Below, piece by piece: positions 26,001 to 39,086 of a stretch of DNA of 64,000 bases. This DNA comes from Ptychomitrium polyphyllum (lineage: Eukaryota), in contig OZ316776.1 in assembly GCA_973851085.1 (NCBI GenBank), positions 3,596,001 to 3,660,000 on the forward strand, written 5' to 3'. Each line of letters opens with the position of its first letter. Position 1 is the first letter of the stretch. Below the pieces are notes generated by a model, which worked only from the letters and a program-made list of their open reading frames with translations, was not told where the DNA came from and made no database searches. The position numbers were made by a program, and so were the translations under genes.

Positions 26001-28971
26001 AACTGGCCAGACATTGGGGACCCCAGATCCGAAGCCATGCTCGCACCTCTGTACGATTGCGATTGCTCGTAGCTCTTCAACACTGCCTCCCTCGTGCCCA
26101 CCATGCTGCCATTTCCAGTATTCCATGGACCATACTTTGTGTTAGTGATGGACTCTGTGGTATGCAGGGCCGAAGCATTCTCGTTGGTTCTGGACGCATC
26201 CCACATCTCTGCCACTCTGTTCTTCATTACCGGAGTGGTCCCACTGCATGACACGTCCACTTCTTTCTGCCAGCTCTGCGTCACTACCGCTTTATGCTTC
26301 CCGTTTCCATGCCCTGCCTCTACAGCACCAACCTGGGGCGGATCCAGCCACTCCCAACCCACGTTGTCCTCCGGAACCTTCACCTGCCACCCAAAGCAGC
26401 CTCGTGTCAGTACAACCGGGCAGCTCCGCCTCCTCTTCAAGAGCCCAGATGCCAACCTGTAAACAGAGCACTTCCATATGCCTGTTTACGAACACATAAG
26501 TTTATCCAACTAACACACCGGTGCCTGTAAGTCTGAACCAGAACTAACCCCATACTGTGAGAAGAACGTTTTCCGCCATTGCACCAGAGTTTCACCTCCC
26601 TCCATGTACACCACCTCACCAGGATTTGCAGCATTGAGCGCAGAATGCTGCCAACAACCGCAACATAAGTTGTTTCCGTTGTCACTGATAATTTGCAAAT
26701 CGATCCAACTTCAAGACTTCTACATCCATTGCCCATCCAAGACTCACATCGTTCCGAAAAAGGCAAACACCAACAATGCATAACTTTCTAGCTGGACGTT
26801 ACACGAACGCGCGGCGAAAGGACTAAACAAAATAACGCATGCTGCATGACGTCCCATGCTACATGTCAACAAGCCAGGCATTCTCACAGCGATTCCCATT
26901 TCATCAAAATACCTGGGTGAACTTCGCCACCGACATATGCTGACCATGGCAGGTGCAAGTCACGCCCAAACGGCCGGCGTCGGTCAATCCCAGTTGCCCA
27001 ACTGCCAAATCAGTTCACACTTATCAGATTGCAACTCCTTCACAGTGAATGTTCCACACCCAATCACAATGCCGCATATCAAAGTCATCAACCTCTGCCC
27101 TGATACCACTCACAAGAGGAATGCTATCACAACCGTGAGCGTTGCATACGGTATCCAGACTCCATGCCATCAAAACGAACCATAGTTCATGATCAAAGTC
27201 CAAAGACAAGCCTTTACTCAGCCGATGCCTGAACCTCAAGCGTACTAATTCAGCTCCTGTCTGAAAGAGACAACCATCTCCACAATATGATCTGACGAAG
27301 GCACATAAGGAGGACAGTCTACACTCTTTCGTGCACATCTGTTGCAAAAGAGTGCGGCAGGGTTCTTCTGAGTCACTCACCAATGGGTACCCCGACGAAG
27401 CTGATACAATAAACCCGAAGCCCTCCAGACGAAGTTGGCACAGGGACCGACTGGACCTGGTTCAGCAAACCAGACCCCGTATTCAACGCACTTGAAACAC
27501 CTTTGCCCGGCTCGCTGTTGGTCGACAACAGAGTCGACGCCTGCACATTCAGCTCTTGCTGCCTTTGCCTCGCTGACACAGTACCCCATTGTGGGGTGGG
27601 AAGATTCCAGCTCCCGTCTAACCCCACCTCCTGTGCTCCTCTGTTAGAACTCGAGCTCTGCATCACAAGCTCCAAGCCTGCTGCCCTTGACCCATTCACA
27701 GGCAAAGTATCTTGGACTCTGAAGTCCCTACCTTGTCCAAGAGACACATCCACCCGTGCACTCGACTTTGCACTCCCATCCACACGATTTGTTTTTGACG
27801 GGATAGACGGACTTTGCATAGGCCACCCACCATGGCCACCGAAGTCTGGCAGATTCATCGAACTCAACTGAGAAAGTGGAGCAGCATAAGGCGATCGGCC
27901 ACTCATGGACGGAGGGTAACTCGACCTGACTACATGCTGCTGGGACCGCGAAACCATGGCCAGAAGCTCCGATCTCAGCTTGTCTGGATGGAGTGCCTGG
28001 GAACTGTAATTCATTGTATTCGGAACCATTGGCTCCTGCCTGAAGGTTCGCTCGATAACGCACACCTCCTTTGCCATGTAGGGCTGGGACAACTGCTCTG
28101 CGTCCATGTTGAACTGAGACACACAAAACCAATATCACGGAGGGTGTCAGCACTTGTGTAGCAGTCCCCCAAACGCCTGAAAGCAATGATGTAAGCTGCA
28201 CTTGAGATTGGAGAACATCACAACTCCAGTCTTTAAAAGCGTTTTCAATGTCGGTTCATGTCACGACTATCTATAGACACTATTCGCACAAATCTACATT
28301 GGACTTAATTCCATGGTGGCTTCACATCCTTCGTTGCACTACCTGCTTCACCTTCCTGACAACCTGTAAAGGGAACGTAGTTACATATATCACCCTGAAC
28401 ATGCAGTCACAAGTGGCTGCTCAACGTGTTTGAAGAGATGAACCCACTGCAGAATATTCGGGAACGAAGTGGGATTCTGCTAATCGGAAAGCTATTCTGG
28501 ACATGATGAACTTATTAACGAGAACCTTGCTGCCCTTAGTGACAGCTACTACTCTCAAATAACGCTCTGGCGAACTTGCGTCCTACGAATTTCCACGTGA
28601 TTGTGCTGTGTGTTGTTTATTCAACAGCTAACATGCGAAGCTAAATGTTCAAGAACTGGCTTCTGTTAAACCCTAATAGCAACAACTAATGAGTCACCGC
28701 CACTTTGCATACCCAACGGTTACGAACGCTTGAAACATTATGAATGGAGCTATAGGTAAATTATAACACGTTTCCAAAAAGGCGGGTGAAAAGATTCTGA
28801 CTAACACTTTGCATCCGAATAAGGACAGCCTCTAACCATCACCCGACAAAACAATTCCATCCAAATCACAAAGGAATTTTCCAAAATGTAGGTTACCTGG
28901 TTTGTTGCAGACAGGCTAGGCTGCGCGGATGACTGCGTTGAGGATGTCCTCATGTTCCACATCTCCTCCAT
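17033..28971 (-). CDS. Large trithorax/ATX-like histone-lysine N-methyltransferase (N-terminal Cys/His TDBD-like module, long disordered region, PHD, ePHD, SET, post-SET)
   Basis: Spliced motifs: LRVYCIS...[16 protein letters not shown]...[26 protein letters not shown]...[18 protein letters not shown]...WMCRTC; e[15 protein letters not shown]...[11 protein letters not shown]...CSIC...GACIQC...[57 protein letters not shown]; post-[16 protein letters not shown]. The probable first coding exon is 28971-28897 (MEEMWNMR...NQ). Confidence 0.92.
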
Positions 28972-31830
28972 GGTCATCGCCCAGTTTCAAATGTCTCAAC
29001 CTAAACCATCTCCTTCGCTCTGAAACGACAAACAAGAATCAACTACGTCAATCTTGATGTACAAGTATTCATGTCTGATGCACTTTTGATTTCCTTTCAT
29101 CGCTTCGACAAGGTCATCCGCTGCCGCACCTTCTGTAAATAGCACCAGCGATGTGAGAGTTAGCTAAACTATCTTGTTGAGAAAAAATTTAAAAGTTAAC
29201 AAAGGCAACTTGCTACACGCCTCTCCAGAGAAAATCTTGAACCGTGCAATGAAGCAGTATCACAACATTTCCAGTGGCACGAACTTACAAGGTAAACTCT
29301 AAGCTACCCAAATAAAAGAACCCTTACCACCACGAAACTCCAGATTCATCCCCAACACTGAGAAATCAAACGTACCATATTTCTTGCGAACTTTAACGAC
29401 ATATCCATAAATTACCACTCGGGAAATACAGGCGTCTCACAGAATCAAGAAAATTCCCAACGTACATAGAATATCGTTACACTCTACCTCGGCGTTGTCA
29501 ATTGTGTCTTCGCAAAAAATCTAATAGCAAAGGTTCTCATCCACATGCATCAACTGCAAAATACTGTTAAAGGGAATTCCTCCACTTTTCCCCACTTAAA
29601 GTAAATCTGTGGAAAACATACAAAACAAACAAAAACTAAAGTTGTGCCTGTACATCCAACTTTAAGCACATGCAAGAGAAATCGTTTTCAGAGACTTTTG
29701 AACTAATTATGCACCTTAGAAGCATCAAGAACCATCAACACAACATCAGAGAACTCCGCCACAGCAATAACCTGCACCATTATGTAAACATCTTTCAACA
29801 ACGATGTTGGCACATCATCAGAAACCTGGCTTCAAACAAGACGCAAATACTGCAAAAAGGCACTCGCATGACGAGATTCAGCTGTAATTAATTTCATAAC
29901 GTGATTGCTTGTGCCAAAGCACTAAACAACCACATAATCGACTAGTCGCTGATATAAGCTGTATGAAGGCAATTTGACGAAGGGTTCCATGAACATGCCT
30001 GCCGCCAACGACCTTTTCCTTTAAAAGCGCCTTCGATGACACCGGGAAGATCGAGAAGCTAATTCTTGACATTATTATCGTCGATGATGTCAGAAATGCA
30101 ATCCAGCGCCGTAAACTCATATGCTGCAGCTTCTGATTAGGTGCCCGTTAGATTCCCACACTGCAAAACTAGTGAGAATGTCTCAGTACAAATCTTCTTC
30201 ATTGGAGGGCTGCATTCTAAAGGCCTAGACCTCACATTATAGACCTCTAATAAAATACTGTTCGAAGAATGGCGACCACAACATTTTGAAATCTTCCTCA
30301 TCCAAGAATGATGCCCAAGTTCACACTGCATCAAACTCATACGTCCAGTATTGCGAAGCACATTCCTCCAAAACCAATAGGAGCAACTCGATCATGGCCA
30401 ATTGTGTAACCTCGAACCCGTATCCAGCTTGACTGGCACCCTAAAGGTCGAGATTACACGAAGGTGTAAGCATTCCCATACCAGCTGAAGGCCACGGAAT
30501 CAATACAGAGCCATTTGCTCCGAGTGCATTTTCTTCACTGATCACAACAAAACCATCACTTCCAGCAAATACTCGTCCCCTTAACTCACGACACACATAA
30601 AGAAAATCCCCGATGCACCCCTATCGCAAACTCCTTCAACAAAAATCACACAACTCCCAGTACAAACGCACCAACAAGCACTCCGATCACCGCCTCACAG
30701 AATTCCGAACTCTCAACACTCTCAACGCATTATAAAAGTTTTCTGCAAAAGTTCAAAAGTACTCACCCAAAAATCACATAACACTTTTTCCTCTGAGAAT
30801 CACACCACCACCCACACACCTCGTCTGCTCCAAAACATCCACTTCCACATCCCCCGCCTCCTCCTCTGACCACCCCGCGACCCCTCAATCCCCACAAATT
30901 CTCCTCCCTCAGAAAACCACAACCACCCTCACAGCCCTCCCTCGCTCATGACCGCCCCCAGCACAAAACTCCCGCCACAAATCCCATCCAACCGAGACGA
31001 CCTCCACCAACAACCCTCCAAAAGCTACCCCACCCTCCATAACGGCATTCTCCGTCATTCACCCCCCTGCAACCCATCAAAGCCACGAAACGCATCACAT
31101 GGGCGCCCGCAACGACCATGCAGCGCCATTAGATACCGAACTGGCCCCTGCTCGTGTTATGGCTATGCGCTGTCTATGTGTATCGCATTGAGAGGTGCAA
31201 CAGAAACCTCGATGGAGTAGGAAATCCAAGTGAGGATGAAAGAGGGTCATCGGGGGCATGCAGAGAGCGCATGGCATGCGATGACGATGGCGATCACTAT
31301 GGCGATGGCGATGGCGATGCAACGTTTCTGAGCGAGCAGTGTAGCCCAGTCTCTCGCTGTGAGAGTCTGCGCGAGAGAGACAGCGCTCTAGGGCACCCAC
31401 GATCGCCGGTGCCCGGGCCGTGGCCGGGCGCCCGTCACAGGTCCACGCGGTGGGCCAGCTATGACGTTCCCTGACGTCGGCGCCGGTGGAATGTTCCACG
31501 CTCTTTACGGGTTCTGCCATTCGAACCCAAAACCGGCATCGAGTACCTCGACAAACGCTCAACTCTACGAAATCTAAGAGTTTCGTTAATAACATAGGAA
31601 TATCTTAATGCAGCTGTCTGTATCCCGAACAGTTTCTGGGCGTTTGTATGGGTCATGAACTTTGGGTACATTATGCAGGTTTTGGGTACAGCGACGGTTT
31701 TGGGTGTGCGAACCTTTCATGTTTCGTAGATGATGGCGACATCATGTATGTGACGGCCGGTCGCTGGATCTGTAACGGACGTTCTCTGCGCCGTCGAGTT
31801 TTCCTTGAGGGAAATATAAGCCATTATTGA

Positions 31831-31950
31831 TACATCATGTTGGGTTTGGGTACACCGTGTTGGGTTTGAATAGACCCTGTTGGGTTTGGATATACCATGT
31901 TGGGTTTGGATATACCATGTTGGCTTCGAGTATACCATGTTGGATTTGAA
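31831..31950. repeat. 20-bp minisatellite x6 (consensus TATACCATGTTGGGTTTGGA)
   Basis: Six phased, imperfect copies. More degenerate TTTGGGTACA variants occur at ~31660-31710. Confidence 0.9.
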
Positions 31951-32103
31951 TGTTCGATTTGAGTGTATATTAAGTCCTTCAAAGTTGTATATATATATAT
32001 TTATATATTTATATTTAGTAAATATAAATATCAAACAAATAAAGCTTTGGTATCCAAATAAATATTATATATGTATATGTATGTAATCTCTAATATTTAT
32101 ACA

Positions 32104-32106
<3 letters not shown>

Positions 32107-32155
<49 letters not shown>
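32107..32155. repeat. (AT)n microsatellite
   Basis: Read directly, about 24 units. Confidence 0.97.
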
Positions 32156-32158
<3 letters not shown>

Positions 32159-33879
32159 GATTGCAAATGGATTTATAGAGATTTAATGTTTAAACTTAAA
32201 TAGGCACAAAATAAAGAAATATTATTCTTGAAGCAGGTGCAAATGTATTGAATTTATAGATTTAAATACACCATTATAAAAAATGAATTCTTTATTTTTG
32301 AATTTCAAATGTTACTAATTAAAACAAACTTATTTGCTTGTATTATAGCATTCATTATTCAAAACTTACAATCTCATTCAAAACTTTAAATTGAATTAAA
32401 GCAACTTAAATATTTTCAATCATTTTCTTTTGCTTGATTCATTATTTAAGCTTACAACGTTTGTTTTTTAATTATACAAATTCAATAATTGTATTTCTTA
32501 CCTTTGAATTCTTGATTATGTATTAAACTTTCATATTTGTTATAATTTCATGTTGTTTATTTAAATTTTAAAGGCATAATATATTTAAATTTCAAAATAC
32601 GAGCATAAACATCTTGAAAGATCTTATACAATCAATGTATTTAAATATAAACACAAATTTATGACATATGATGGATGCTAGGATTGAAATATTTGAAGAC
32701 ACATATAAAAATGTAAAGTAAACATATAAGTTGAATAAAAATATAAATTTGTATTATATATAAGTTTTTTTAAGGATAAAAATGTATTATGAATGTTTTT
32801 TTGACAAATATACAAGATGGTTGAGATGGTTGAGATGGTTGAAATGATAGGAATGATAAGAATGATAGAAATTATTTAGATTATTAATATAATTAAATTA
32901 ATAAAACTTAGCTGATAATTCCATTTATGAAGAAAAAATTATTAATTATTTCAATTAAAATTTATATATAAGATTAATAAAAGCTTAATCAAAGTTATAA
33001 ATTCAAATATTATTTAATCAATAAGAATTCATTCAAAACAATTGTATTCACGTGACCACAAAAATAAAAAATGAGATTAATTTTTGAAATTTGATTTATG
33101 TGATATACATTAAAACATCAAGAAGATACATGTAAGGTCTTCTATATAAATTATAAAATCTTATGCAAGTAATAAAGCATATTGTCTATAATAAAATGAT
33201 AATGTATATTATTAAATAAGTTAATTTATAATTAAACATTATAATCTCTAATGAAAAATATTGTGGATGTATAAAAACGTTTTTAATGGGGATAAATATA
33301 CATTACCTAGAGATGAAAGGTATATTGATTTATTCCAAAAATTACATGGTTCATTTTAATTGAAAAGAATAATTTGAACTTTAATACATTTTTGTTCCAT
33401 TTTAAAACTTTTATTCACTTCAGTAAAGACTAATAAATTTTTCTTTGTGGCTTTTTAAATTATTTATTATAAGTTTTTATACATGATTAAAAAAAAACCT
33501 TATATTTCCGCCAGGGTTTTTCTCTATCTATGTTATGGATAGAGTAGCAAAAAGACAAGGATTCAGGATTTCAGGATGTGGAATAAAATATGTCCAAGGT
33601 ACATTAGAAGTAAAGAGCTATAACAAGGTACAAAGACAAGGCCAAAAGATCTAAGCTAGACCTTAAGAAATGCGTTGTCAAGACTAAAGATTCCTTCAAC
33701 CTCAATTCATATATACTAAGAGTATAAGTATTGAAAGCTTCTTAAAAAGCTTCTAATATATTGCTTCATATTCAAGCAACCTTGAGTTGTTTCCTTGGAA
33801 GCTTCTTAAGCCAAGGTATCTTCATAGAAAGCTTCTTAGACCTTTTAAGACATTATTAGATGCCTTTTAATATGTATGT

Positions 33880-36140
33880 TCATTACACTATCTACAATTT
33901 ATCACAAACCAAATTGATTGCCTTGAGAAAATATATTACTGAAAATCTTGGAAAGGGCTTCATTCAATACTCTTAATCACTTGTTGAAGCACCCTTTCTG
34001 TTAGTTAAAAAGAATGATGGATCATTGCGTATGTACATGGACTATTTAGGCTTCAATAAAGTGACCAAGAAGAATTGTTATCAATTACCATTAATTTCAT
34101 AACTCCTACAACAACTTGGCCAAGCAAAGATATTCATCTAGATTGATCTTAGAGGAACCTACAACCTTGTAAACATCAAATAAGAAGATGAATGGAAGAC
34201 AACCTTTCGATCTAGGTATGGCCATTTTGAATACAATGTCATGCCTTTTGGCCTTACTATTGCCCCTACAGTCTTCCAAATACATAAAAAAAAATATCTT
34301 CCATCAATATTTGAACAATTTTATAATCATCTAATTTGATGACATTTTGATTTATTTAGAGGATGAACAAGACTACAAATGTCATGTACAATTGGTCTTA
34401 AAAAAATTATGCTAGCAAGGATTATATATCAAGTTGAAAAAATATTTTTTCTATGAATCATTGGTTGGATATTTAGGCCACATCATTTCCAAAGGAGGAA
34501 TCCATATTGATGTAAAGAAAATAAGCATTATTATGGACTGAAGTACGCCACAATTAATTTGGGATGTTTTATGTTTTTTGGAATTTGCAAATTTTTACAG
34601 GATGTTCATCAAGGATTATTCAATGATTGCAGCACCATTGATGCAACTTACGAAGGAACAAAAACTCACTTGGAATAAAGAGGCAGGATCTTAAGAAATC
34701 ATTTACATTGATTTCAATCCTTATTTATTCAAATTCATTAAAGCATTTCTATTTGGAAGCAAATGCTTTAAATTTTTTGCTTGGCTTAATACACTAAAGA
34801 TATGACAAAGGTAAAAGACTTCACCTGTCGCAACCCTTGTAATGCATCTTAGCAAGCGTCACGTGCGTCAACCTTGTACATCCCCACATGCACATGGTTA
34901 ACCCCCATTCTCACTCTCCAAGTCCCTCTACCATTTCTCTTAAGACACCCAATTGATTGGTAGCCGATGGTTAGGTGCGGACTTCCATTCATGTCCAAGG
35001 CCTCACTTGATGTTACTCTCATTCCACACAGCCTAACCGCACTTAGTGGTGTCTCCTCACCACCACTCATGATCTCCATGCGATCCTAAGATCACCTGGG
35101 GCCATCATGGTGCCGGCGTGAAAACACCACCCCAATTTAGTGGTAACAAGCGTGCCCTTTTAAACGTACTAGTCCCCTCCGTGAAACCGGCCATCCACCG
35201 GCTCACAATGGTGTGGGAGTCTCCGTGATGAAGCCCAAACACTAGCTCCACCAACCGGGACTCACTCTTGGTTCCTACTGGGACACTAGGGCAGTAGGGA
35301 GAGGAACCAGCCCTCCCCTATAGTACTCTCTATGGGATTCGGCAGGCCCCCTGGCCCTTTGTAGCTGGCTGAACCCCGACACATCCAAACTTTTGGAAGA
35401 TCACTTGATCTCTCTTAGGACTTAGCCGCTGGAAAGCTCTGGGACTTCCTGCGGACCTTCAGGGAGCCCTATTTCACGTTCGGTGCCTGAATCTATTGAG
35501 CGACCACTCTATTGTCATCTACTCTTTGCGTAGATGCCGATAGACTCCTCAAACGACCGATTTGAGTTAGTATTTTGGGAGATATGCCTCTCCTAAGGTT
35601 CGGGACTCTTGGGGAGTCCCTCCCTAAATTGTCCCAGTCTAGTACAGTCACTGTGTAGGGCTGCCACAGTCCAGAACAGCTCCTTGGCAACCCCAATTTT
35701 GGGATGCCATATCTTTAGCTCCCTTGTCCGATTTGAGTAATCTTTAGCATTCTAGATTCAGTTCTTCGTGATTCTTCCAATGCCAGCCATCTATCCATTG
35801 TGGCCCTTGGTTTACATGGGTAAGGATGTTTCTCCCCCTAGGGATCTTTCCCACGCTAGGTCCACTCGATTCCTCTCACTATCGGCGCCACAAGTTCCGA
35901 ACGTCACTCCGGGGTCCCCCTTGTGCCTTTAGTGTTGCGGACATTCCTCAAGGAGAGGTGCACGACATCACCCCCTTGTTTTTTATTCAAAAAAGTTATG
36001 AGTGGCAAAAATCAACTATAATATATATATGATAAGGAATTAGTTGCTATCGGAGATGCATTTAAAGAATGGTGGCATTTAAGGAATTATTGGAAGGAAC
36101 TCAACTTCCCTATACAATTTATATAGACTACAAGGATTTT
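33880..36140 (+). mobile_element. Degenerate Ty3/Gypsy (chromovirus/Tf2-like) pol remnant, RT plus RNase H, interrupted by a solo LTR
   Basis: Translation with stops and frameshifts: IYNLSQTKLIALRKYITENLGKGFIQYS*...[54 protein letters not shown] (mutated YLDD), [19 protein letters not shown], then GKRLH|PLVFYSKKL and YDKELVAIGDAFKEW. Confidence 0.93.
34826..35967. mobile_element. Solo LTR (1142 bp) nested in the Gypsy RNase H
   Basis: Termini TGTCG...CGACA form an inverted repeat with TG..CA ends. Identical 5-bp TCACC flanks lie at 34821-34825 and 35968-35972. Removing it restores GKRLHPLVFYSKKL. It is more GC-rich than its flanks. Confidence 0.88.
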
Positions 36141-37642
36141 GAAGTGCTTCTTGAATGCACTTGTTTAAATTTAAATATTTAAAATTTTAAAATATAAATC
36201 TATAAAAAATAATTTTATTATTTAAAAAAATTAGACATATTATGTAAAAAATTAATATCAATAATAAATTAAATTTTAATTAACTTTTTTTAAAAATTGC
36301 ATATTTATCTTAATAAAAACGATTTGCATATTTAATTTGTGTATTTCAAAATTAATTATTTTTGCAAATAAAAAATTGAATATCTGAATAAATTTTAATT
36401 GTCGTACTTTTTGATTCAATTAATACCATTTTATAAATGACATATCTAAAATATTTTGTATTTTAAATTGTAGTATTTTATAACAAAGAAAATTAACAAA
36501 AAAACATATAAATATTAAATTCAAAATATATTTACTCATTAAGATTCTTATTATAGTTGTAAGCAATTTGAAGTATAATTTAATCAAGTATAATCTCATT
36601 AATATACTTCTACAAACAAAAATGAATTTTAAAAATTAAAATTTTATGCATGATTTTTATTTTTAAATGAATCAAATATATCCATTGGCAAAAATTTATA
36701 TTTGATGATGGATTACAACTTGAAATTATATTATATACATATCATAATTTGTGATGAATTAAGAAGAATCTTAGAAAATTGTTACAAACTAAAAATGTTA
36801 TGAAAAAAATTAATGAAGTTTTAAGAAATTACCAATTCATCCTTTTTTTTCTAAAACTTTGTCAATATTATCCAAACACCAATAAGAAAAGGCAGATGGG
36901 CAAGCCATCATACATTTGTAGATGCCAATTTTCCTATTTGTAGTTGCTTGCCTCTATAAAATATACCATTTTTTTAATATTTCCTCCCACACGGTCAATT
37001 ATAAATGTTTCTCGGCAAAAGCTACCATTACATGCTTTTTTTGCAAAATTAAGGAATCCAACTCTCAATAATTGCTCATGTATGAATCCAATCCTTTAGT
37101 AATCTAAGGAGTTTATACTAAAAGTTATTTTTAATATTGTATGACATTTACTCTTATGACAAATTATTTTATAAGTGATACCATTTTGTGAAGCATTCAC
37201 AAAATGCCTAATTCCAATTAAAAAAAACTTATTCACATTTACTACCTCTAAGAATGGTTTGGCATTTTACATTTGGAATCACAACAAAATGACACTAAAT
37301 ACAATTTTTATTGTAGTGCGACAACTTTAAAAGCCAAAGAGCGTGCTAGCATTCGCAGAGCGGGGTTGCCCGGGCAGAGATCGACGAATGTGCCCATCCA
37401 TCCACCATCATCCATCCATGTCCAGACTAGGCATCCACATGCGCATTCATCCACACATTCATTCATTCATCTGCCCGGGGGCGAGGGAGGAAGGGTTTCA
37501 TCCAGCTAGGGCACGGGAGGGGGCGCGGGGACAAAGGTTAGGGCAGAGGGCGGAGAAGCTCTTTCGGGTTTTGGAGGACCGAGCTTCGGCTGAGCGAGCG
37601 ATTGCAGAGCCACACGCGAGTCTTTACACACAGGTCGCAGCG

Positions 37643-37975
37643 ATGGCGCCGTCCGTGGTCAGCAACGGTATTGCGGTGGGGCTCAGCAGGGGCCATCAGG
37701 TCACCAAGCGCGACATCGCCAAGCGCCCGTCCGCCACGAAGGGGAAGCTCGGCAAGCGCACCTCCATGGTCCGCAAGCTCATCCGCGAGGTCGCGGGATT
37801 CGCTCCCTATGAGAAGCGCATTACGGAGCTGCTCAAGGTCGGCAAGGACAAGCGCGCCCTCAAGGTCGCCAAGAGGAAACTCGGCACTCACCTGCGTGCC
37901 AAGCGCAAGAGAGAGGAGATGACCAATGTGCTGCGCAAGATGCGCTCCACCGGTGGAGTGGAGAAGAAGAAGTAA
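37643..37975 (+). CDS. RPL36: 60S ribosomal protein L36 (eL36), intronless CDS, 110 aa
   Basis: [23 protein letters not shown]...[47 protein letters not shown], with strong GC3 codon bias. Confidence 0.97.
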   Translation: MAPSVVSNGIAVGLSRGHQVTKRDIAKRPSATKGKLGKRTSMVRKLIREVAGFAPYEKRITELLKVGKDKRALKVAKRKLGTHLRAKRKREEMTNVLRKMRSTGGVEKKK

Positions 37976-38982
37976 GGGTTTGGAAGGGAGCTCCTATGGG
38001 CGTTTATCGATTGGGGCTAGATGTCGGGATTTGTGAGCCGAGTTCGGAGTTCTTTAGTAGTTGCTATGCTTTTGAGGTGCTGCAAGACAATAAAGGACTT
38101 CTCTCATTTTCACGCATCTGATCTTTCTTCATGTTAGGGTTTACCGATGTTTCTAATTTAGGGTTTAGGTATCGGTATGGCGTTCAGTTCCTATGCTCTT
38201 TTTGGAAAGTTTTACAGTTTCGTTCTTGACATTTTCCTGGAGCTCTTGCAATGTTTCGCGACTCATTACCCCGAGCTTAGTTCTGTTCAGGTTTCATCAT
38301 GTACGTGCAGAAACCTTAACTGCCACTCGCTTGCGGGGATGAACCCGTCTCAGATAATGCTTCTAGTGTCACACTCCCTGGGTCAACAGTTCAAGTTCAT
38401 CAATTGCACCAGTAGAAGATCGAATAAATGTTTCAGGACCGGCCATGGGAAAAGAGGGGGTTTGGCAGATGAACTGTTTCGTTTAATGCATATATGTGTC
38501 CACGATTGAGTGTGTCCTGGATTTCAGTAGTCCTAAAGCATGAACAGAAAGATTGTGTGAACCCTAATGTTAATATCGATACCTTCGCACTTTGGGGTTT
38601 GTGGAGATCTTCTGATGCTTTGGCAGCAGTTTTTGAATGTTTCTTGGTAACCGCTTTGCACATCTTATTACTGTTTCAAGATGGTCATGTGGTGATGTTG
38701 AGAAACGATTAGCAATTTTTGCAGGGTTGATTGTCTTGTGAAGGTGCAGGGTTTATGAGAATACCATGGTGTATTTAGAAATTGTGTTTTTATTAAATCA
38801 GGCATCTTTCTGAAATGAGGACCTCGTACAAGGTTGTCTTAAAATTTGGATTTTCAAAATTTGTTGTGCTTGTAGCATACATGCAACATATATCAAGGAG
38901 GCTAACGACATCTTTTGTGTCTTTGCAAGTAGAGATTGAAGCAGTTCAAGTAGAAATGTGGGCAACCAATATAAGTCAGGCC

Positions 38983-39086
38983 AAAAGAAGATTATTTTAA
39001 ATAAATATAAAACAGATATGATAGTAAATGAAAAAGAAGATTATTTTTAATAAATATAAAACAGATATGATAGTAAATGAAAAAGA
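38983..39086. repeat. About 48-bp tandem duplication (AAAAGAAGATTATTTTAAATAAATATAAAACAGATATGATAGTAAATG x2)
   Basis: Read directly. It marks the start of an AT-rich block. Confidence 0.85.

Noticed and set aside
21210..27871. Many long + strand ORFs (e.g. 22080-22829, 23078-23857)
   Set aside because: These are antisense shadows of the large GC-rich SET-gene exons, with no independent motifs.
31831..31950. Possible CRISPR or telomeric array
   Set aside because: Head-to-tail 20-mers without spacers. GGGTTT is present but not as (TTTAGGG)n.
36700..36800. LRR-like peptide (CDELRRILENCYKLKML) in AT-rich DNA
   Set aside because: Too short and bounded by stops, so compatible with chance.
37343..37642. 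100-aa N-terminal extension of RPL36 in the ORF track
   Set aside because: It starts at a non-ATG codon in promoter or UTR sequence. Homology begins at ATG 37643.
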